Shown: in pieces, positions 20,027-26,812 of the stretch
Position numbering within the stretch: the first letter of the stretch is position 1
Layout: every line of letters begins with the position of its first letter
Assembly: GCA_963749155.1 (NCBI GenBank)
Contig: CAVVLO010000002.1
Span: 128,001-192,000, forward strand
Length of the DNA stretch: 64,000 bases
Reading direction: 5' to 3'
From: an uncultured Armatimonadia bacterium
Lineage (GTDB): Bacteria > Armatimonadota > Zipacnadia > CAVVLO01
Notes under the pieces: model-generated
The model's input: the letters and a program-made list of their open reading frames with translations, nothing else
Databases searched by the model: none
Told to the model about the DNA's origin: nothing
Made by a program: the position numbers and the translations under genes

Positions 20027-20947
20027 CTAGCGTTTTATCATACCAAGTAAGCCGGCTGCATTGACCAAAACCGCTTGTGCCTGCCCATATTCATACGAAA
20101 ATTGCTGTAAGGCACCAACGTTTGCGGCCATCTCGGCCCGGCGCAGGTGAGTAACCGCACTTTGCACCTGGCCGACAAACTGCAGTCTCATTGGATTATC
20201 ACGCCCTAGCTGCACCAAAGGCTCGAGTAAGGCTTCACCTGCCTGACGCTCTCCTTCGGCCCTTGCCTGATCGCCCAGGCTCCAATGCTGGGTGGCCAGA
20301 TTGAGGTGATTCAAAGCCTCATCAGCAATTGCCACGAACCTCGACTCATCGAGGAAAGCCGAACCAGCCAGTCCAATAATAATAATTACAACAGCTACAG
20401 CCATTACCGCAAGCACGCCAAAAGCTACCTGGGGACTAGCGCGCCGGCTAGTTGGCCTGGGCCAGCCAGGAGCTGGACGCGCCCATTGGGGAACAGGCCG
20501 GTTGCCCGGCGCGGTCGGCATTACCGGTCGCTGCCCCTGATTTTGGCGCACCTGGGGCGAATTCTCGCACCCATAGGTCGTACAACCGCCGTTCTCCTGC
20601 CAGCATTCCTCGTGATGGGGGATACCGCAGGTAGGACAAACGATACTCCTCTCCCCAGCATCTATTTCGCACTGACAATAAGGACAATTTCTACCTTTCG
20701 TTGGACTGGCCTCGGACTTCATCTCCACAGGTTCGCCTGGCTCATCGAAGGGAATGGGCGCTGGCGCCGTTTGGGTTGGCCCCAGAGTTATTAGCACCTC
20801 GTCATCCTGGTCTAGTGAAGGCAAATCTGATACGCGTGGCCGTGCAAGCGAGGTCTCGAATATCTCCCCGCATACCGGACACATATAAGGAGCAGGCCCT
20901 GCGTCTCGAAACTCGCGCCTGCATCTTGGACAGACAAGCTCAGCCAT
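20027..20947 (-). CDS. Zn-ribbon + prokaryotic RING + single TM + extracytoplasmic helical domain (putative E3)
   Basis: N-terminal CPRC..CPVC; CPYC-x11-CPTCGIPHHEECWQENGGCTTYGC; TM VAFGVLAVMAVAVVIIIIGL. Confidence 0.8.
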   Translation of the reverse strand: MAELVCPRCRREFRDAGPAPYMCPVCGEIFETSLARPRVSDLPSLDQDDEVLITLGPTQTAPAPIPFDEPGEPVEMKSEASPTKGRNCPYCQCEIDAGERSIVCPTCGIPHHEECWQENGGCTTYGCENSPQVRQNQGQRPVMPTAPGNRPVPQWARPAPGWPRPTSRRASPQVAFGVLAVMAVAVVIIIIGLAGSAFLDESRFVAIADEALNHLNLATQHWSLGDQARAEGERQAGEALLEPLVQLGRDNPMRLQFVGQVQSAVTHLRRAEMAANVGALQQFSYEYGQAQAVLVNAAGLLGMIKR

Positions 20948-20953
20948 ATATCC

Positions 20954-21640
20954 TCAGTCGGGCACCTGCTCTGATGCTTCGCTTCGGCCGGTCCTCAAAG
21001 GGGCTGGTTGGCCTCTCGCGTTGCATCCGTATGCGGCACAGCCTGCATTTTCGCTCCAGCAGTCGAAATGATGAGGCAGTCCGCACTTGGGGCAAAACAA
21101 CACCACATCGCCTCGCTCGAAAGGGCTCAGGCAGTAGGCACAAATCTGCCCTGCCACTTCGTCGCCAGCTATCACGAGGTCATAACCTGAATGCCTGAAA
21201 CTCGATGCTACTCCTGTATTGCGCGCGGTCTTGATATGAACGAACAACTGCTGTCCCTGGGGCGACACCAGATGCCACAAGACCAGGCCCCACAGTATAG
21301 AGACAAGCGTCATTGCGCCCAGGGCGAATCCCTGCCAGAGACCGTACGAGAGCCCACCCCAGACTGCAAGCCAGAGCGTAAAAATCCCTGACAGTATGCC
21401 GCTGAAAGGGTCTTCGGAATCGATAACCACATCGCGCAGCTCGGTCCAGGTCACTCGCCGACGCCGCGCAAGTATCACTGGCACAGCGAGCGCCACCAGC
21501 ACTCCCGCCAGGAGGAGCGGCCAGGCGAACACCGTTCCAATGAGCGAGGCGCCCAAGGCGATAAATCCGCCAGAAGCCACGAACAGCAACGCGAAGGCAA
21601 GACCTCCGCGCAGCTCCCTGGAGCCAGACTGACTGCGCAC
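20954..21640 (-). CDS. 4-TM protein with C-terminal prokaryotic RING (putative E3)
   Basis: Four hydrophobic segments, then CAYC-x11-CPKCGLPHHFDCWSENAGCAAYGC. Confidence 0.8.
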   Translation of the reverse strand: MRSQSGSRELRGGLAFALLFVASGGFIALGASLIGTVFAWPLLLAGVLVALAVPVILARRRRVTWTELRDVVIDSEDPFSGILSGIFTLWLAVWGGLSYGLWQGFALGAMTLVSILWGLVLWHLVSPQGQQLFVHIKTARNTGVASSFRHSGYDLVIAGDEVAGQICAYCLSPFERGDVVLFCPKCGLPHHFDCWSENAGCAAYGCNARGQPAPLRTGRSEASEQVPD

Positions 21641-21718
21641 TATACTCCACCGGGCACAGGCGGCCTTAGCTGGCCTGACGCGCCCCCTCTATCATATCAA
21701 ACAGGTGGCGTGTAGGGG

Positions 21719-22351
21719 CTACGTTCCGACCAGAGAAGGCAATCCGCAACACAGGCACGTAAAGAGCAGTATCACCAGTGAGTACACCAGCAGGCTGCGA
21801 CCAAAAGCTCTATCCTCAGGATGGCGCTGCCCCATCAGGATTGCGCCGCCGACAATTCCAGCAAGAGGGCCGATCCCGGTAAAAGCCAGCAGCAGAACCA
21901 TTATGTAGAAAATAGTCCTGACTGCCGCCGGGATCGCCGGCTGTGGCCTCGTCCCTCTGGCAGACCCCCTGTCCCACTGGTCGCCCCGCTGGTCGGACGG
22001 ATAGGGATAGGGCGGCGCCTCTGGACTACGCGGAGCAGTAGGTTCGGTGCGCCCAGCCAGAGCGCGCGCCTGAGGGCTTTCGCTGCAGCCATAAGTTGTG
22101 CAACCCTCGTTCTCTCGCCAGCATTCGAGGTGATGCGGGGTAGCGCAAACTGGACAGCTATGAGTCTGATCTGAAGGGCCAATCTCACTTTGGCAATACG
22201 GACAGAGTTTGCCCACTACGCTTGCTGGCGCCTCTGGCTGGCGAGGGGCTGCGGGCTGCCTTGTAAACATCAACTGGCAATGGGGGCAGAAGTGCATCTC
22301 CCCCGGCTCGTCCTCAAAATTCTGGTTGCAGCGTGGGCACTGGACCTGCAA
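21719..22351 (-). CDS. Zn-ribbon + prokaryotic RING + C-terminal TM segments (putative E3)
   Basis: CPRC..CPHC; CPYC-x11-CPVCATPHHLECWRENEGCTTYGC; Pro-rich linker; 2-3 TM helices. Confidence 0.8.
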   Translation of the reverse strand: MQVQCPRCNQNFEDEPGEMHFCPHCQLMFTRQPAAPRQPEAPASVVGKLCPYCQSEIGPSDQTHSCPVCATPHHLECWRENEGCTTYGCSESPQARALAGRTEPTAPRSPEAPPYPYPSDQRGDQWDRGSARGTRPQPAIPAAVRTIFYIMVLLLAFTGIGPLAGIVGGAILMGQRHPEDRAFGRSLLVYSLVILLFTCLCCGLPSLVGT

Positions 22352-22369
22352 GTAGCAGTTCTCCTTACA

Positions 22370-23059
22370 CTAGCTCTTGAGCCATAAGGCAAAGCCGCGC
22401 AGTAACGCCAGTTCTACCACTCCAAGCAAAATCAGCAACCCCAGGGTGCGCAAGGGAGCTTTCCTCAGCATACTGATGCCCGAGGTACGTCTGTCATGCA
22501 GCGCGAGCGCTGCCAGGTTGATTAGCGCCCCTGCAAGGAGCACCCCAAGCAAACTGAGTCCATCGAGCACAATCCAGCCTGGTCTGATAAGCAATACCAA
22601 CAGGCTGACCCCAGCCAGTGTAACCAGACCAAGCCCAAAGGGTTCCCAGACAGATTTGAACATTGGGCGCCGCGGGGGCCTGGCCGGGGCATGGTTAATA
22701 ATAACCAGCAGCAGACTGGCCAGGGCAGGCCCGGCGAAAGCCCCTGTTGCCAAACGGGTCAGGTTGTCAGTTTCTCTGAAGCCCAGACCAGCAGAAATAG
22801 CATCCAGCCCCATCGGTGCAAGTAAAGCCAGCAAGGCAAGCATACGCCAGACATCGCCTGGATAGTCGGCTTTCGCGCGCCCAAGTGCAGCCAGAAGGAG
22901 CACTCCGACAACAAGTCCCAGATGCACTCCCGTGCAACGCGCGCAGAGGGCCAGTTGCACTTCGCCAGGAGCGAAGGAGTGGCTGGGCATCCGATGGCAT
23001 AAACAGGCGCCTAGCTGATCAGCGCTTTGCCGAAACAACTCGACCCACTCGGGAGCCAC
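22370..23059 (-). CDS. DUF2085-type membrane protein
   Basis: LCHRMPSHSF...LCARCTGVHLG...PMGLD...NLTRLATG; multi-TM. Confidence 0.8.
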   Translation of the reverse strand: MAPEWVELFRQSADQLGACLCHRMPSHSFAPGEVQLALCARCTGVHLGLVVGVLLLAALGRAKADYPGDVWRMLALLALLAPMGLDAISAGLGFRETDNLTRLATGAFAGPALASLLLVIINHAPARPPRRPMFKSVWEPFGLGLVTLAGVSLLVLLIRPGWIVLDGLSLLGVLLAGALINLAALALHDRRTSGISMLRKAPLRTLGLLILLGVVELALLRGFALWLKS

Positions 23060-23061
23060 AA

Positions 23062-24074
23062 TTACGTCCCAGCCGGCTGCTCGCCGCTCGCAGGAAGAAT
23101 CAGTAACCGCCCTGGCAACAATCTGTCAGGATTCACAATCCCATTCAGCCTGGCAATTTCCACCCAGCGCTCGCGAGCCCCGAGTTTTTGCTCCGCTATA
23201 CTGCTTAAGGTATCGCCGGCGCTACCTGATAGATTTGGTAAACCGCCTCGGCTTGGGGTTGAACGGCAGTTGGAGCAGGCTCGGTCTGTACGCCCGCAGC
23301 AATCGGTGGAGGGAGCTTGGCCAGTTCAGCCTGGGCCGCATAGAGTTTGATTTTTACATCTGACAATTCAGTTTCCAGACGCTGGACCCTGGTTGTCAGC
23401 GCAAGCAGCAGCACGCAGGCAGCCAGCAAGAGCGCCCAGGGAGCCCAGAGGGCCAACCTCGAGGCCGGTTGCGCAGCCGGCTGAAGGGCCTCGGGCGCCA
23501 GCCCCTCGTGCACCAGGTGATAGCCGGGCAGCAGTTCAGGCCCTGAGTCGGTATTTCCGAAAAAGCCTTGTTCTTTGGCCCGAGGGTCGTAAACCAGCGC
23601 CACCTGAGAGGGCATATTGAAAAAATTGCCCTGGATAAAAAGGTCGTGACCTGACAGGAATATGCCGAATCCAGGATGAGAGTGCACCCAGCCGACGACT
23701 TTCTGGTCAGGATAGTCGGCTTCCAGTACCTCATAAATGTGGTTCCAGGCTTCGTGGGTGAAGGTAAGGCTGGCTCTGCGCGAGTCGGCGCCCTCGGCGG
23801 CGATCATCCCAGTCACATGGATGTGCCAGCGCCCGCGCTTTTCGTGGGAAGTACCCACTAGCACCCCGCCCAGCTCATTGGAGAGATCCTGACTAAGGCA
23901 GGCGACGATCTGATCCCAGACCGGGGCGTCCAGATAGACTTGTACGCGCGCGGACTCAGGCTGTCCAATAGCCTCGCAGTGTTCGGGAGCAGGCAGTTTG
24001 GAGGCAGAGCCTCCCCCGCCCTCTACGGCAGGGGCAAGCTCTAATTCGAAGCCTTCTTCGTTGTTATCAGTCAT
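23062..24074 (-). CDS. JAB/MPN+ peptidase - TM - coiled coil - LysM (frameshift near 23218)
   Basis: ELGGVLVG and GWVHSHPGFGIFLSGHD; TM WALLLAACVLLLAL. After a frame change it reads YQVAP/GDTLSSIAEQKLGARERWVEIARLNGIVNPDRLLPGRLLILP (LysM) to TAA at 23062, abutting the next start at 23059. Confidence 0.85.
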
Positions 24075-24078
24075 CTGA

Positions 24079-25410
24079 TCAGATTCTCGACAGGTTGCGC
24101 TGGATACTGGCAGGCTTGCGTTTATGCTCGAGGCGAGGCTCCATACTGGTCGCCAGCGCCCCAAGGGCGCGAGCGCGATCCGCGGCCAACAAGTAATGCT
24201 TCATCTCGAGTCCTACCCGCGCGGTCACGATGTCGTAGAGGGGCAGGCCAATCTCAGCCAGTGTCATATCGCCGAACTCTTCGGTCCCGCTGTAGGTATG
24301 AGCCAGCTCGGTATCGCGCGCTTCTCCACAGCCCGGGCACCTGGCATCTTTTTCGGACAGTCTGCCAAGCAGTTTGAAAACAGGTTCTCTTGTTCCGCAC
24401 TTTTGGCACAGGAAGGCCGCAACCAGCTCGCGGTCCAGTTCTACCAGCGCCTCAGGTCCCAGATCAGTTCTGGCCCGTTCCAGCAAAGCGTTGAAGGTCA
24501 GGTCAGCGACTCCAGCTTCAAGGGGGATTACTTCCTCAAAGGTAAAATGGGACAGGCAATCTTCTTTCCTTGGATAGTCTACAAGGAAAGAATCGTGAGT
24601 CAGCCCGTTAAAGACCCAGCCCTTGCCGTAAAGCACAGGGAGTTCGGGGCGAGCGTGCAAAAGTTTTAACGCCTCCAGCACTTGTACACCTGCCACGATG
24701 GAAGCACTGGTTGGAGTTGTCGGCACCTTCCCCTCGAGCAACTGGTCCCGGCTGAGCAGAGCGCAGGACTTGCGAGCCGCCAGCAGCTTGGTGTCGAATT
24801 CGTTCATCGTGCATTCATAGCAAGACGAGTCCGGTGGCACAAAAACTCGCGCGATGCCATTCAACACTTCTATGGCGCCATCTATCCAGGGAGTGTTTAC
24901 CTTCCAGCAGGCCTGGTTGATACCGAGTCTGGCCTCCCGGTTGTCAAGCCCGCCGAGGACGACATCCATCTCCAGGAAAACGCCAAGCCCAATATCGGTC
25001 AGCACATTGCCCTGCACCGCGTGAACCGCACAGTCAGGGTTGATTTCCCTGACTGTTTCAGCAGCCACTTCGGCCTTCGGGCGTCCCTCGTCTTCGACCC
25101 GGAATAAAACCGAACGCGTAAGGTTGGAATGCTCTACCGTATCGAGATCAAGCACCAGCAGATTGCCCACGCCAAGCAAAGCGAGATTCTTGAGCAGCTC
25201 GTTTCCAAGCGCGCCGGCGCCTACAATCAGCACCGAAGAAGCTTTGAGCAGAGTTTGATCCCACCAGGGCACGAGGAAGAAACGCGCATAACGGCTGGCT
25301 TCTTCCTCCATACTGACAGTGAGAGGCCCGCCTTCCGCGTCCTTGCCCGAAGGCGCGGGCGCGGGGCCTTCTACAGCAGCCCCGAGCTCAATATCAAAGT
25401 CATCACTCAT
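24079..25410 (-). CDS. ThiF/E1-like ubiquitin-activating enzyme
   Basis: VGAGALG, DLDTVEHSNLTRS, KAEVA, GLDNREAR, CYEC, candidate catalytic Cys in RKSCALL, and an extra CQKC..CPGC Zn ribbon in a C-terminal extension. Confidence 0.93.
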   Translation of the reverse strand: MSDDFDIELGAAVEGPAPAPSGKDAEGGPLTVSMEEEASRYARFFLVPWWDQTLLKASSVLIVGAGALGNELLKNLALLGVGNLLVLDLDTVEHSNLTRSVLFRVEDEGRPKAEVAAETVREINPDCAVHAVQGNVLTDIGLGVFLEMDVVLGGLDNREARLGINQACWKVNTPWIDGAIEVLNGIARVFVPPDSSCYECTMNEFDTKLLAARKSCALLSRDQLLEGKVPTTPTSASIVAGVQVLEALKLLHARPELPVLYGKGWVFNGLTHDSFLVDYPRKEDCLSHFTFEEVIPLEAGVADLTFNALLERARTDLGPEALVELDRELVAAFLCQKCGTREPVFKLLGRLSEKDARCPGCGEARDTELAHTYSGTEEFGDMTLAEIGLPLYDIVTARVGLEMKHYLLAADRARALGALATSMEPRLEHKRKPASIQRNLSRI

Positions 25411-25413
25411 CTG

Positions 25414-25683
25414 CTAACCAGCCGTGACTTCTGGCTGCAACCGCATCACGTCGCCATCCTTCACGCCAGCGTCGGCAAGGCTTTCGTCGTCCGTAAGTTG
25501 CTTGCCCGACTGCTTGTGGACCACTTTGTAAGAGAGCGGTTGGCCGTCAGGGCCGGTCGCCGGCAGTTTCATCATCTGCACAAGCTTGGCAACAATACGA
25601 CGCACCGCTACATCATCCGGCACGGTCGCCTGCTGTTCTTTGTTGCCAGTTACATCAATTATGGTCACGTTGACCTGTCCCAC
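25414..25683 (-). CDS. Ubiquitin-like protein (YukD/EsaB-type beta-grasp) ending in Gly
   Basis: 89 aa; VNVTIID, VPDDVAVRRIVAKLV, GKQLTDDESLADAGVKDGDVMRL, C-terminal PEVTAG; AAGGAGG RBS. Confidence 0.9.
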   Translation of the reverse strand: MGQVNVTIIDVTGNKEQQATVPDDVAVRRIVAKLVQMMKLPATGPDGQPLSYKVVHKQSGKQLTDDESLADAGVKDGDVMRLQPEVTAG

Positions 25684-25695
25684 TGCTGGCCTCCT

Positions 25696-26706
25696 TTAGT
25701 GAAGCTGGATGTCTATATCATCCAAATTTTCTTCTGGTTCTTCGCGTGGCGCCTGAGGTTGCGGGGTTGTCGGCCCGCCGAAATGGATCTCGGGCTCAGG
25801 CCCCACCTCCTGCGGTTGGACTGGCTGCTGGCCTGGCATCGGAGTGTGCGGGCCTTTCTTCATGAACAGCCAGGTGATTACCGTTGCAATCGCCATTATG
25901 ATGAATATGACAAGTACCCAAACCGCCGGATTGGCGGGAGGCTTTTCTTCGGCTGGCACTTCAGGCACATCGGTCTCAGGAGGGCTGGGAGTCTCGCCCG
26001 CCGGAGGCCTGGCGCCTTCGACAAGCTTAAGGCTGAATTGCTTATGACTTGGGACTACCAGGGCTGAGACGCCTTGCTGATTGAGCAGCTTCAACAAGTC
26101 GTTGCTTGGCAGGGCAAAGCCCATACCCTGGGCGCCTTTCAGTACGCGCACAGCTACCCCCAGCACCTCGCCCTGCGAGTTGAGCAGCGGTCCACCACTG
26201 TTGCCAGGATTTAGCGCCGCATCTGTCTGCAGGAATGGCTGGTCCTTTTCTTCCGAAGGCAAGGAGCTGATGATGCCCCGAGTAGCCGAATCGATGGCAA
26301 AAGGCGAACCAATCGCAACGACTGAATCGCCCTGCTTTACGCTTGCCGAATCGGCAAGGGCCAGTGCAGGCGAATTGTCCACCGGGACTTTCAGCAACGC
26401 CACGTCGGCCTTCTCATCCCGGAAGGTTACCTGGGCCTGGGTCTTCTTCTTGCCGTATAACTCGACATCCACCATCGGATGCCCGCCTACGACATGCGCG
26501 CAGGTCACCGCGACGCCATCGGTGTTGATGAAGAAACCAGTGCCAATCCGTTGCTTGCCCTCTTCATCTACCGAGACCTGAAGGACAGCTGGTTTGGCTC
26601 CTTCAATCAGGGCAGGGGTCGGCTTGTCACCAGACTGACAGAAGGCCGGTAAGCCTGAAATCGTTATCCAGCCAGTAAGGAGCATTGCGAGCACTAGCCA
26701 CTTCAT
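25696..26706 (-). CDS. Membrane-anchored trypsin-like (S1C) serine protease without PDZ
   Basis: Signal peptide; TCAHVV, DVALLK, QTDAALNPGNSGGPL; C-terminal TM and a Pro/acidic cytoplasmic tail. Confidence 0.9.
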   Translation of the reverse strand: MKWLVLAMLLTGWITISGLPAFCQSGDKPTPALIEGAKPAVLQVSVDEEGKQRIGTGFFINTDGVAVTCAHVVGGHPMVDVELYGKKKTQAQVTFRDEKADVALLKVPVDNSPALALADSASVKQGDSVVAIGSPFAIDSATRGIISSLPSEEKDQPFLQTDAALNPGNSGGPLLNSQGEVLGVAVRVLKGAQGMGFALPSNDLLKLLNQQGVSALVVPSHKQFSLKLVEGARPPAGETPSPPETDVPEVPAEEKPPANPAVWVLVIFIIMAIATVITWLFMKKGPHTPMPGQQPVQPQEVGPEPEIHFGGPTTPQPQAPREEPEENLDDIDIQLH

Positions 26707-26748
26707 TGACCATCACCTGCTCAAATCGTGGTGCCAACTCACTCGTAA

Positions 26749-26777
26749 AGTATAAACGACCCTGGGCTACCCGACAA
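26749..26777 (-). promoter_or_regulatory. Putative sigma-70 promoter of the Ubl operon
   Basis: Minus strand TTGTCG-N17-TATACT, about 40 nt upstream of the protease ATG. Confidence 0.55.
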
Positions 26778-26812
26778 CAGAAACTCTGTATACGATTTTA
26801 TTACGCGGCCGA

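Noticed and set aside
24079..25683. Ubl + ThiF as a ThiS/MoaD sulfur-transfer pair
   Set aside because: There are no thiamine, Moco or cysteine synthesis genes and no rhodanese. E2, RING and JAB neighbours point to conjugation.
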